Source: Mytilus edulis (Eukaryota). From it: a DNA stretch of 64,000 bases. The notes under the pieces are model-generated. The model was not told the origin of the DNA. It did no database searches and worked only from the letters and a program-made list of their open reading frames with translations. Shown one piece after another: positions 1-14,000 of the stretch (position 1 is its first letter; every line of letters starts with the position of its first letter). The translations under genes and the position numbers were made by a program. The stretch spans positions 74,710,001 to 74,774,000 of the forward strand of contig NC_092346.1 of the NCBI RefSeq assembly GCF_963676685.1, written 5' to 3'.

Positions 1-499
1 TTTCAGAAAAATGTACATGCAGTTCTTGTAAATAATGTACTTACTTGCTGCCCCATAACTTGATCTCGAAGCCTGCTGTTTGTTTGCTTTTTTTTTTTAT
101 GTTTTATCTTTTTGCAGTTATTTTTATTTTTTATTTAACCATTTATTTCTTTTGCTTATGCATTACCTTTGCTATAGCTGCATGCAGTCTTTTGTTTGTG
201 CTTAAAGTGTTTAAGTTTGCATGTGCTATTCTTATATAAATACTATGTGCTACTATATATGTGCTGATATTAGACATTTGTTTTAATATATCTTGCTTAG
301 CTTTTATTCTGCATGTGCTATCTGTGTATTAATATATATATGTGATGTCTGTATGTTTGTGTTGTATGTGTATCTGATGTTATTACATGTATGTTTTGTT
401 CAGTCGGTTAAAGAGCTCTTAAGAGCTCATGTTCTTTGTTATTATGTATATATGAAACCCCGACTTTAAATAAAGATTACTTTACTTTACTTTACTTTG

Positions 500-1800
500 T
501 ACCGAAGGTACGGATGGTTCTCTCTGGGCACACTAGCTCCTGTCGTGTTGCTCGTGTTAATGTAAGGTGATACTCTTAATCGGTAATAAGAGGACAGGTG
601 TGTGGTTAACATAAGAATATATCCGACTTCATCTGTGAAACATATATTCCATAACGGTCAATCAATTCGTGATGGTGTCCATAACATTGACGAAAGGATG
701 ACCTCAACTTTGCCACTTTAAGCCCTCATCTTGTTAGCAGGAACATTCACCAGGAAAACCATAAAAAGAAAACCCAAGCTCTAGAATATCGCAGTCGTAT
801 CAACAAGGAGACATTTCATATGCGGGCACTGCTGGCATGTCGCTACATAGAAAAATGGAAAGCTCACAATGAGAGTCGGTTGATAACAACACTTTTCAAC
901 AAAAAAGATGATTGATATCAGCTTTCCCAGTCTATGAGGCAGACTTGACTCTGCTGCATCCTTAATCCAAAGTTCGAGGCGAAATCTTCTGTACCTAGTC
1001 AATAAACATTAAAGTACCATTTATATAGCGAAACGTGAAGTATGAAGTCTGCATAAACTACAATAAGGAATCAAATTGACCAAAAGAGGAGAACAGTGGG
1101 TTTCCATGGGAATTTCGATTGATTGTTGAAAAACGCCCAAACGTAACACATGTGTTGTCCAACAATTAATCAAGCTTTGATAATGTCAATTTTAGACAAT
1201 TCTTTTGGAAGTAGGATTTATCTCTTTCTTAAACAAGTAAGTATGCTGGCCATCTTATTTTATGAAACAACACTTATTTTAATCGGTTAGTAAGTTTGTA
1301 AGGTGTAAAATAAGTTTAAAGGGTAGCAAAGTTCAATGTTTTATTTATACTATTGCAAAAGGAAGAGATGTTCATGGTATGTACTTCAACGGATCTTAGG
1401 AATATTATTTTTTTATAGAATCGACATCTGATGCCCAAGAGAGTAGGGATTTTATAGAAACTCTGCAGCCCGGTTTGCATTTAAAACTAATGTTAATAGC
1501 TTGGAAAGAGATTTCGTTGTAGATCCAGCATAATACCGTTATTAAACAGGACAATTTTGAAAGGTGTGGCATCCAATACAATGAAAAATTACCATAGATA
1601 GTTGAAACTCCAAAGTAAAATAAAATATACCTTTCATTATCCAGGATTTCCTCTTGGATAAATTTCTTTGATGGTACATATTAAGTTCCAACTGAATTAT
1701 CAATACGTGATATTTTATCAGTTTATTAAGCAAAATATGTGATGTGATTTACACTCAAACTCGATATTGTTTTGGGCTTTTTCTAAGGGGAAAATTAAAT
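500..1800 (-). mobile_element. Decayed Naiad/Penelope-like RT relic (different subfamily)
   Basis: Minus-strand remnants in correct order: PLEKAQNNIEFECKSH (about 1790-1740), LDNTCVTFG..FQQSIEIPMETHCSPLL (about 1160-1080), IVSFPF/LCSDMPAVPAY..YSRA (about 870-775); many indels and a small inversion near 875-930. Confidence 0.8.
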
Positions 1801-2113
1801 ATGTGTCACTATACAATTACGTATACTAACTTGTACCTGTTGTTAATGGTAATGTGTATCGCAATTACCTCGCAGCCTTCATCCATATTGAAAGAGCATC
1901 TAGTACGCCTGTTCTGTAACGACTCATTGAAATGTCAGCAGGCCAAAGGAAATAGAGTGACAGATATCATATATTTTCTTTATTATTAAGATTTATGACC
2001 CCTTTTGTAGCTATGTGTATTACAGAAATAACATCAAAACAGCAAAGATAAAGAATAATAGAAATATAACATTTATTACATATGCCAAAAGGAAACTCTG
2101 TTCAGTTATTTCA

Positions 2114-3195
2114 TTAAGAGGGGCACTAGCTACGAGATATTTAAAAAAAATCAAAATAAAATTTAATGAAAGTGAAATAATATTTCTCTTTTAGCAGTCA
2201 TAAGGTTCAATTTCGTCAAAATAAGCTTTCAAAACTCGATCATGAATTACATGTATCACTTACAAGGGAATAATCACACCTCATTAAAGAAATCATTAAA
2301 TCTGTATTCATGTGACCTTAAATTTTTTGAAACTCCTTAGCTAGAGAACCTAGAAAAATCCAATTGCACGATTTTCCTTTATATATATATCTATATTTAT
2401 GGCCAACGGAGATCTTCGAAGATCAACTCGATAGTTAATTAGACTGCTTCTAGATTAAAATACACACGAAACGAAACTACATATTCTCGAGCCAATGATT
2501 GAGATGGCCCAACGCCGTGCAGCACGCTTTATCAAGAGCAATTACTCAAGAGAGCCTGGAACAGTAACAACTCTTCTAGAAGAACTAAATCTAACACCAC
2601 TAGAAATAAGAAGAAAAATAGCACCTATAACGCTCTTTCATAAAGCCATCCATTAAAGAGTTGCTATACCTATTCCAACGCACATTATAAAACCAAGAAG
2701 AACGTCGAGACTCCATCAACCAAACACTAAAAGATACGTACAAATCAGGCCAAACAAAGATATCTACAAATACAGCTTTTTCCCTAGGACCATCAGAGAC
2801 TGGAATAAACTACCAGATGAACTATTAGAGATCGAGAGCAGTGAGGAATTCAAGACCAAACTCACCAAGCTCCTCTGTAGTGGATAGCAACACAGTCAAT
2901 CGATACTAGTAGAAAATGTTTTTAGCACAATTTTGGAACCATTGGTTGTAAATATAGAAAGTTTATTGTCATGTTGAAGGACGTCAAAAGTTAAACTATA
3001 CTTGAGTGATGGGTCGAAGTACCCTTTTCGAGTGACGACATAGAAGCTATGTCGTAGATGTAGATGTAGAATGCCCTGTAAATTGTTTATTTTAGACTTT
3101 TTGTAATTTGAATAAATGTTTTACATTGTTAAGAATAAATATGAGAATTTGAGTCAATTCTTTGAACATGAATTTGAAAGTTAGTGCCCCTTTAA
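2114..3195. mobile_element. MITE with TTAA flanks and AGGGGCACTA termini (Kolobok-like), interrupted by a LINE
   Basis: TTAA-gAGGGGCACTAG at 2114 and TAGTGCCCCT-TTAA at 3182-3195; related pieces at about 3200-3400, 39127-39290 and 44010-44230. Confidence 0.7.
2498..3069 (+). mobile_element. 5'-truncated non-LTR retrotransposon 3' end (RTE-X/CR1-like RT C-terminus)
   Basis: IEMAQRRAARFIKSNYSREPGTVTTLLEELNLTPLEIRRK...YKYSFFPRTIRDWNKLP; (GTAGAT)n tail 3054-3070; AATG duplicated at 2494-97 and 3070-73. Confidence 0.85.
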
Positions 3196-3700
3196 ACAAA
3201 CCTAGAAAAATCCGATTGCACAAGTTCGCCGCTATCATTTATATCTATATTTATGTTCATATCGCTTATATGACCATCGGCAGTCTACGGAGGTAAACTT
3301 GATAGTTAATAAGATGGCGCCTTGGCTCAAATGCACACAAAACGATGATTCATATTATCGAGCCCATGCCTTTTAAATTGTTTTTTTAAAGACTTTTTTT
3401 GGCAAATTAAACTAAGGTTTTTGCAGAAATTCCACAGACTTTAATACATAGATTTTCGTTAGAAATAGAAAACATCAACTGCTCACTTGTTTGTCCATGA
3501 TGTTTTAACGTTTATTTTTTTTTTTTAAGTCCTAAACAACCTTTATCATTCCACAAAACCTGGTGCTGTGTCATAAAAGTCAAGCGAACCCTAGAATGTG
3601 GTCCATATTTACATTTGTTTAACCCAATATCTTTATTTATAAATATGTTTTAAGGAAATCATTGCTAGCACTGCATGCTATCCTCTCAATATCAAGTATC

Positions 3701-4285
3701 AAAGGAGTAGGTTCAGTAAGACCCCTTTTTGGCCTCAAAATATAGCAGTTTTAGAAAATTGTGAAAATGTAATCGTTTAGATATTTATTTCAAAGTAGAA
3801 TGCTTCTGCTACATAAATATGGGCTATTTTTGACAAAACAATGCACATATATCGGGTACTAGCATCATTAAGTCATGCTAAATTACTGAAATCTTCACAA
3901 TTGTAGCATTTTAGTTAAATTTTAGACGGTTTCCGTCTGATATGAAAGTGGCCGCATTCGTGTTCATTCATAATATTGAAATGCAAGTTGTATTTGATGA
4001 TAATACATAATATATATAAAGGTTGAGGATGAACACGGATGCGGCCACTTTCATTTTTGACTAAAATCATCTGAAAAGTGACGATTTTTGGCATATTTGA
4101 TAGATTTTTCATATTTAAGCTTGAATCGGGGCGTTTTAAATGACTTATAAAGTTAAAACCTTCCCCATTAACTAATTGAATCAATTGAAAAAGACACTTT
4201 AAGTGTTTAGAAAGTGTCTAAAATCTTTCGTTAGATGAACTTGAAAATTGAGGCCGAAATCGGCCCTTACAGGACCTACTCCTTT
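3701..4285. mobile_element. MITE with terminal and internal inverted repeats
   Basis: AAAGGAGTAGGTTCAGTAAG (3701) / CTTACAGGACCTACTCCTTT (to 4285); internal IR TGAAAGTGGCCGCAT.CGTGTTCAT (3943) / ATGAACACGGATGCGGCCACTTTCA (4029). Confidence 0.75.
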
Positions 4286-5047
4286 TCAAATAATAGGGAA
4301 AGGCTGTGGATTTTAGATAAAATCTCTACCTGTTTAGCATTGAAAAACAAAAGGGCACATAACCTAAATCTGAAAGTGAAAAAAAATAAAAAAATACACG
4401 ACCATTAAATTGATTGGTTAGTTTTTGAGGCCCCTCAATTGGGGGGTCTAGGTAGTCACATTTATATCGCAAATTTTTTGCCAATATAGTCACATAATCA
4501 TTAATTATTTTTTTAAACAAAATAATCAAATAATTAAAAATACAGTCCTATTTTATCAAATAATCATGAAATATTTTGTCTGATAATTAAATTATCACTA
4601 TAAAAAGGCAATGAAATCACAAAATAACAATAAAAAAACAACGAGGAGACTCGTTTTTAATACCGCTTTAAGCACTAATGTGCTAATTCGTGCTTTATAT
4701 AAGTTGAGTAAGCAAGAGTGCCCTGAAAGAACCATTGATCTTCGGTAGGAAAACTGACAATCCGGGCTTTTTTGTCAGTTTATAGGATTGTGGATTCGGG
4801 CGCACCTGCCACGTGCGGATCGACTAGTAGAAGTGCACAATAATAGTTGATTGCAATATCAATCCACCGAATTTGTTTATCAAAAGGTTAAGAATTATGA
4901 TGAGATAATCTAATGTATTTGTTGTTGATATAATCCGTGTAGTACTTTGCAGGAAGATTTTTTCATTTTCCGAGACCAAGAAAATTGTAAGCCTGCCCTC
5001 CATACAAAGTTTTGTAATGAGTTCTTTCCCTTTGATGTAACTCTTTC

Positions 5048-8000
5048 ATGTTACTAAGCATGGATGCTGAAAATGTGGAAGAGAAGGAAAAAGAAGAGGA
5101 AATACTGAACAAACAATCACCAGAAGAACTTCAAGCAGAAGCAGAAAAGCTGAAAAATGCGGCAAACGAGTTTTTCAAAAGTAAAACAATATTCACAGTT
5201 ATCCTTACGTATTCTTTGTCAGTTCTGTTTGTGCAAAAGATCAGATCACGAGTCAAAGCGAAATGAATCCCCAGTACTTTGGGATCTGTCACATCACGCT
5301 ATTCTAAACAATACTAGTGTAAAATTATATTCCAGTAATGTAGCAGTATTTCTATATTTCGTATTTTACTGCTCTGGTATTATATAATGATCACCAGGTA
5401 GGTCAAAAATGAAGACTAAATTAAGGATGGTGGCAAGTAATTTTGATTTTCTTGTAAGTCTTCATTTAATGATTATTTAAAAGATGAATCTATTTATCAG
5501 ACTTTTCTAATACTACACACAAACTTTACAAGTCTACACATCTAACTTATATAGGCTCAATTAGGCTTAAAATTATTATCTCCCTTGGCAAATATTTCAG
5601 TGATTTTTGGGGAAAGACGGCTTCAAGCCGTCAATCCCCTATGGGATTGACCAGAGTGACACTCCCTCACATCATTCATTTTGATTTTATACATGTTATA
5701 GTGTGGAAAACCCCCCAACAAATCTTACTTAGATTGAAGAGAAGGAGACCCAGAAATGAATAGTTTGACTTTAAACACTTTTTTACACATTTCCCTTCTG
5801 TTTCTCACAAAATTATCGTATCTTGAACTCTCCTTTACACTATTAACGCTTATTCTACAATCCGGAAAATAGTATGACGAGATATTCTAAATATATCCAA
5901 CCTACATTGCATTTTATAGTGACGTCATTCTTGGAAGGTATCCGGTCGTTCCGGCCCCAAACCGATCCGGCCCCAAGTCAATCCGGCCCAAAGTCGATCC
6001 GGCCCAAGTCGATCCGGCCCACGTCGATCCGTCCCCAAGTCGATCCGGCCCCATAATAAAATATGAATAAAGTATATTCACTTGGAGGAATTTGTGACAA
6101 ATTTGAACAGTATAAACGGAATTAGCGAAAAGTGTCGATGATGGATGACAACAGGTAGTAAGTGAAGTATTGGAGTATACTAGTTAAAGAACTATTTTTA
6201 ATCGATACGAAACTGAGTGTTATTGTGTCTCTTTTTATAGCAGCTCTGAGGGGGGATAGGACCTTTATCTGGACTCCGGATTGGGTGTTTTTAAGCTCAG
6301 GATTTCGGGATTGACCCTTTCGGGATCTGGGAATTCTTTTTTTCGAATTTCGGGACCTCGGGATTTCGTGTTTTTAAGCCCGTGATTTCGGGATCAGGAC
6401 CCCTCCTACACCCCCTCCCCCTCAGCTCTAACATATTTTAAAAAGTGAAGATATTTTCCATGTTTTACTCATCATAATGTCTTGTGTAACCAAATCATTA
6501 GTCTAGAATTGGTTTGTTTATTCAACAATTGTCTGATGATTGTGAACTAAGGTGATGTCACTCGTAATCACTTAATTCAATCAAATCCTGATTAATTAAA
6601 GTTACGTAATCAACAAGTTCTTTATAGTTTGATCTTTTGTTTGGTGTATATAATAATAATTAATTGTATTTATATAATCAGCAAATCAAACAACATTTCT
6701 CAATTTGAGAATTTTTAAGAACTTTAAAGAAAAACAATATTTGTGGTTATGTATCAGCTTGGGAATTGGCTTGTATCGTTGTGTATGTAACTATTTGTTA
6801 TTACACAAGATGAAAGACTTGTTAGGATCACAGTCAATTGAAAGAAAATGCTAAATACTGCTGATTAATGTTGATGTTTGAATTCTTTATATACGTTTTA
6901 ATATAATTATACCCAATAATCTTGAAAAGTTGTACTAAAAACATAATCAACCTAGTTGTTTTATACTCACATTATAATAAAAATCATAAACATTTATGAA
7001 TTACAATTAATATATATCTTTATTTTTATTCCTTATAAATTTTTTTTTTATTGGGGCCGGATCGACTTTACATATGGGCCGGATCGACGTGGGGCCGGAT
7101 CGACGTGGGCCGGATTGACTTGGGCCGGATCGACGTGGGGCCGGATCGACCCGAAAGCTTCTTGGAAGAAGCAGGGATATCCTTCACCAGTTCACTGGTT
7201 TAATATTTCAATCATTCTTAGAGATCGTGCACTAATTACAAATTTGTATTTGTTAAATCTAAACATAATATTGTTTACTGTAGATGATTTAAACATCAAC
7301 ATACAATACTTTAATTTGTAGGTCAACAACTTTCAAAATCAACAAAGATCGTGGGGTTACATGAGACAGGGGAAAGAAATGATTTTATTACTTTTTTCGA
7401 GTCCTACTAATCAGAGACAAGAAGCGTCAAAAAGCGACAAGAAGCGTCAAGAAGACTATTTAGCGACAAGAAAAAAATATTCTTCTTGTCGCTTCTTGTC
7501 GCTAAAATTCTTCTTGTCGCTAATTAGTCAGACCACTTTTTCTGTAAAAATTCTGAGAATCTTCCTCCAATTCAGGAGCACCTCAATTGATGAGTAATTA
7601 TCCACTAAAATAAAAGTTAATGTATTTAAACACTTCAAATGTAACATTTCATTGGATTAGTAGTCTTCTATTAAAACTAAATTTTTGTGTACCTACATAA
7701 TCATTGTAATGGTAAAAAAAAAAATAATAAAAATTTGCATTTTGTAGTTTAAACATATTTATTATTTACAAATATTTCAAAATTAAGATTTGGAAACAAG
7801 CTTCACACAGTTTACATCTCTCATATTGTTTGTTTTTATTAGTACCTGATTCCCTGTGATGAGAGTTATAACTCCGAACTTCATAAAATTCATTGGAAAT
7901 TTAAAACTGAATAGATTTTTCAGTCCACACTTTCTAAAGAAAAAACCTAAAAATCCAAGAGAACTGTCACAAAAAATGGAAAATCGCCCGAGCCTGCAGT

Positions 8001-11000
8001 TCAGTAGTACACAATCAAGATTTCAGAAAATATTGTAGTTGTTGTGAAATGACAGAATTCAGTTGAGTTTTATAATTAGCTATCAACTTTAATCAAATGT
8101 TTAGATTTAGAAGATGCAGATCTCTTTCATTGGTCCAAATTGAATCCTAAACTAAGGAAATGAAATTACATAAACAACAATTGATTTCAATATTGTCAAC
8201 CTTTCTACATGTTCTAGCTGTTCTCTTTTTCATTCTTCATATGAAAACTATCAAAAGATACCCCCCTCCCTTTCCAAAAACATAATTAAATAGAAACAAG
8301 GGCTGTCTTTCCCCTCAGAGCTATTCAGCTCTTTGATTGTATTTCTTGCTTATACATCATTTAGAAGCACAAGTTGAAACTTTGCAAACTTATCATGGAA
8401 GAGATGCAGATATAACTATGCATCTTTTTTTCAATCTGTAAGTAGTTTGAAAAAATAATCCCATCTGATTCCCTGACACAAATGCCTGATTCCATCCAAA
8501 TTTTGGTAAAAAACGGGACCATTAATATTGTATTAATGGACTTGAAATATGAGTATGTGTAAATATTTTTGCCCCACAAGAATAAATGTGAATGACTTTT
8601 TTGTGGGATTTTCTCTGTTTAAACATTGGTCTACTGTATTTCTAACTCTTACATGTCTTAGTATTGCCACATGGTATTAATGAAAACATTGACCTTGAAG
8701 AGGAATGATTGCAGTATGAGTGGTAAAGGGGAAATTTACAATATCTTATTTTGATAGTTTCATTATCTAGTATTTCTTGTGTTCATAAATTTATAGAATT
8801 TTCATTGTACTTTTCTTTGCAAATTATTCAGTGCTTTTAATTATGTAAGGTGCATTTTACAGTTGTTGTTATAAATTACCTTTAAATGGTTGAAAAGTGG
8901 ATATCTCATAGGGTAGCATACATGTAGTATACTTTGTTTTTAATTTTCCTTATAAAAGCATCGAAAAATATGTGTTTTTTTGTAAAAATTTTTTTTTTTT
9001 TTTTACCTCTTCAAAGAATGGAGGATTTTTCTTCATCTTAAACACATCTTTTTTGTACCCAAATATACAAAGTCATGTACATGTAACATACACTGAAACT
9101 GTTATATTAAAATTGATTAATTGGTGCATGGTGATTGCTTTACACTGCATCAGCACAAAAAGACTGTTTCACGGCTATAGATGAAACTCAAATAAACATA
9201 AATTAAAATGTTTTATTGCATTTTATGAGTTTGGACCAGGTAATAAACAAATTGTGCACATTGTCTCTCGTGATAATTGTGACCCAATTATTGATTAAAT
9301 ACATGTACATATCAATTATTGATTAAATACATGTACATATCAATTATTGATTAAATACATGTACATATCAATTATTGATTAAATACATATCAATATTGCT
9401 CTGTCAGACTAGAATAGACCATCCTTCAAGTCTATTATTTACAGTACAGATTGTACAATCATCATAATACATCTTTTCTAAAAAAATCTAGTTCATGCAT
9501 AGTAACTTATCTTTGAGACAAAATTTTCAGAATAACTGTATGTAGTGTAGATCGAAAGTTACAAACAAATAAGTACATGTAGCTCCTGGCCAGTATGGTA
9601 TAAGGTTTTAACCCATTTGTTGGTCAGTCTGTCATGTCTGTGCATCAGTCCTGTTCTTGTTATTAAAACTCAACTGAAATTTAAACCACACAACAGAATT
9701 TCATGAAACTTAGCAGTTGAAAGGGACATATTATGTAGATGTGCATATGGACAGGAAATTATGATTCTATTTATCTAGGAGTTGTGCCTCTTTGAACTTA
9801 AAATTTTGGCCTTGATATTCTGATGCATCAATTTGTTGACCCTCTGAAACCACACAATAGAATTTCATGAAACTTTGTAGAAAATAAGGACATAATACAT
9901 GTATGTCACAAGAAATTATTGTCAGTTGACTTAGTTAGAGTTATGAGTCTTTGAACTTGGGAATCTAGTGAGATTTTTTTTGTCACTGTTAATGAGAAGA
10001 CGTGGGGTATGTGAGTGCTCACAAATATTCTTTTATTCATATATGTGTATATTATACACATGTATGAATAAAAGAACACTAAATCTATTGAGAGGCATAC
10101 TTAAATTGCGATAAAAGTTTTTAAAAATTTGCTCAGAAGTATCCAACTGTTTCTTTAATATGCCTGAGAAGTTTCAGACTGTTATTCCACATATTAGTGC
10201 AGAAATGAAATTTCTTGTGGGCATGTTAAAGTTTTTTTATTAGCTCATTCAGTCTAGTACCATGGTTATATCCCTATCAAGCTATACAAGTATTATTATA
10301 TAAAAACATGTATTGTGTTGATAATAGTTTATACTATTATAGATGCAGACTATGTAAAGGCAATAGAATTGTACAGCCAAGCTATTGAAAAATGGCCTCG
10401 TTTAGCAGCATATTATGGGAACAGAAGCTTTGCTTACATCAAAACAGAAATGTTTGGTCTGGCTCTAACAGATGCTACGATGGCATTACAGTTGGACAGA
10501 TCTTACATAAAGGTTGGTTGTTTTAATAGTGGATTATAAAAATGTCAATGTTATTTTTATCTTATTCATTGGTAAGAACAGCCAATGAATCTTTATTTTC
10601 CTAAGTTTTACAATGCTAACTTTCAGTGCTTTGATTACTTAAAATGAATATATGTCAAAACTAAGTATTGACTTGTTAAAAACTTTACATGACTTGTATC
10701 AAAAATGTCATAATTATGAATACATTTCTAAATTCTTAATTAGGGATTAAGACATAAATACTTGTAAAATTATTTTGATCACCTTTCAAAATGTAAGATT
10801 ATAAGCCATTTCCTATTGTAGATAGATAAAGATGTTTTATATTCTTACATAATTGATTTTTTTACCATAAAAGTGTTAATTAAAGAAAAGGTATGTAAGG
10901 GATCATAGTTTAATTAGTGGAATTAAAAAATACCACCCCCAGTTATGTATTTTGATTGGTTAGATAAATTATAAAAGTCATAATACGAAAAGGGTGATTG

Positions 11001-14000
11001 TTTGAAAAGTGTAGTTTTTTTGGGGTGTTTGAGAACAGAATGATAGCTTTGAAAAAGTGATATACTAAAAAGTTATATACAATGAACAACTTTTTCTTAA
11101 TTGAGGATAGTATCAAACCATGGTGACTTAGAGATGTTTAATTCAAAGATGACATGCAATGTAAATATGTACAATATATCTATTTGTGAATAATTAATTT
11201 ATACAAACATTCAATTTTCAAGTTTCATTTACCATTAATTATAACAGTATTGCCGAAAAAGCTAACTATGCTCTACCAACAACCTCTGTGTGAGTTCTCC
11301 TGCAAATAAAATGATCAGAGCTGGGCAACAGAATTATATCTAGTATTCTAGCACCCCAATTTATAGACCGGTGGTGTCCAACAAAATTATATCTAGTATT
11401 CTAGTACCCCCATTTATAGACCGGTGGTGTCCAACAAAATTATATCTAGTATTCTAGTACCCCCATTTATAGACCGGTGGTGTCCAACAGAATTATATCT
11501 AGTATTCTAGTACCCCATTTATAGACCTGTTATATCTAGTATTCTAGTACCCCCATTTATAGACCTGTTATATGTAGTATTCTAGTACCCCCATTTATAG
11601 ACCTGTGGTGTACAATCATTATAATAATAAAACTTCTAAGACACATTTTACCAGAAATAACTTACTGGAAAACTGCTTAACATTTGCAGGTCAATAAACA
11701 GATTTTAAGCTCTCAAAAAAACATTATCTGTTAGCTTATAGGTCTAGAGTGAGATATTGCTTTCATTTAGTTTCTGTTTGTAGGCCTCGATTATTTCAAA
11801 ATTTTCTCCTCTAAAACTTAAGGGTCAGTAGGAAGTTAATCATTCATAGTCTGTTTCTAAATACATGTAATATCTAATAATGAATACAACTTAGGAGATT
11901 TGATTTGAAGTGACAGTAGGAAATGTTACATCAATGGTTGAAAAATTATGATATGTTTTCAAATTCATCTATTTATTTTTTTCAGGCTTACTACAGAAGG
12001 GCATCAGCTAACATGGCGCTGGGGAAGTTCAAACTTGCATTGAAAGATTTTGAAGCTGTAAGCATTATAATTTAACTTTTAAAAACTTGATCTTCAATTA
12101 ATATTACTATATCAAGTGAGTAAATGGTGCTTAACATTCGATAATACTATGATGTACTCTAAGAGGTAAACATGGCCTCTACTTTGGAAATATATCAGCA
12201 TGGCAGCAGAAGGGGACATTCGGTTTATATTCTATGGTCAAATGTTGATATAGCAAATCGCCCTTCTTTTAGGTTAGTCATTACATGGGTCAAGGTACCA
12301 ATGGTAGAATTAGGTGTTCTTTTTCTTTTAAAGAGTTATGCCTTTGGGAAATATTGAATTTATGGAAAATGGTCTTGGTTAGCGCTCACACAGGTACAAT
12401 TCTTGCCAGATTTTTATAAAACTTATAGTGTACTATTGGTGAAGCCCATGTGTGTCTGTTTGAAATGTAATTTATTTCTTTAATAAGATAATCAATGATC
12501 TATTTCAGCAGTCTATAAAATAGGTGCAACACGGGGGACAATGACATTCTTTTATTTTCTATACTTTCATGTCCTTTCCTTTTACTACTGTTTATAAATC
12601 AAAACACTGTTATGCATATTTTTTTCAGGTTGTTAAAGTAAAGCCAAGTGATAAAGATGCAAGGGCAAAGTTTAATGAATGTGGGAAAATAGTAAAAAGA
12701 ATAGCCTTTGAGAAAGCCATTGCAGTAGAGGAAAAGCCAGTGTCAGAAACTATTGACTTGGAATCATTGAGTATGTATAATAAAAGTTGTTTTAGGTATA
12801 TCATGACCAAAACTTTCCGTTTGATTGAAATTTTTCATTCTTTGTCTTTATACAATTTGTAGATTTTATTTATTTTCATATGTGAAAGACTATCAAAAGA
12901 ATGTGTTTTTGTTCTTTGGTAACATATTTATATGCATAGAATATTTTTAGAGAACTGTTAGAATGAATAGCATTGTCTTCCAATGTTTTAGGATCTTCTC
13001 CAACTTTATATTAACACCTGTATTTTTTTTTATCTGTAGCAATTGAAGGAGACTACTCAGGACCAGTGTTAGAGGATGGAAAGGTTACACTTAAATTCGT
13101 ACAAGATTTACTTGATACATTTAGAGACCAGAAGAAATTACACAGTAGATTTGCATTCCAGGTAAACTATGTATATATTTCAAAAAAATCTATAAAAGAT
13201 CCTCAAAGATCCCAATCATACATAGTTGAATTATAATATTCCACTTAACCAAATTATAGTAAATTGAATTACCCCTCTTATTCCATTTAGTTATTTTAGT
13301 TTATAATAGAATATTTCTTTAGTCTGTAACTTGATGTCTCTATTTACCTCCAAACTTTAAAAACTAGTAAAAATCCGGTAGAAAAGTGTTTCTTACATTA
13401 TTTATCTCTGAAAATGCACCCAAAACTATCATGTCTAGCAAGTTCAAGTACTGATGAGATTGGATCAAGATTTTTTTATTGTTATCTGTTAAAAAAATTC
13501 AGGGTACTGAATAGAATATGCATTTGCTTGATACTTAAGATGAAAATGAGGTAAAGGTAACAAAAATATTATGAAATACATCAAAACAATATAAAGAACT
13601 ACATTTTAACCTTTACTTGTTGAGAGCTACTTTACATACCAGTGGTAATGCTTCAGAATTTACCTTTGATATAACTTACTTCAATTTATGAATGGTCTTT
13701 TACTATCTTGTTGTTATCAATGGTATATTTAGTTTTTGTTCATCATAAAATTCAGTTTTATTTCTAACATACAAATATCTCTCACCAGTATCGTGTAGTC
13801 ATCTGTTCTCGATAGTAATCAGTTCTCGATAGCAATGCACATAGTTTAAAATAAAAGTAGTTTGCGAAATCGCACATGTTTTCTATTTGTCTGTATTTCA
13901 AGGACAGAATAGAAACTTGCTTCAAGCAAGCATTAACTAAAAATTTCAAGTTTTCAGACATTTTACAACAGTAAAAATAATATTTTCCGATTTTAGCCTA

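Noticed and set aside
4690-5047. PPP5C promoter motifs (CACGTG near 4810)
   Set aside because: Probably the promoter or 5' UTR by position, but the short motifs are not distinguishable from chance and the TSS cannot be placed.
5874-7321. ORFs with repetitive peptides ([11 protein letters not shown]; [10 protein letters not shown])
   Set aside because: They are translations of the foldback element's minisatellite arms.
11326-11610. CRISPR-like appearance of regularly spaced repeats (also 9285-9393 and 16835-17015)
   Set aside because: No unique spacers, no cas genes, eukaryotic intron context; these are plain minisatellites.
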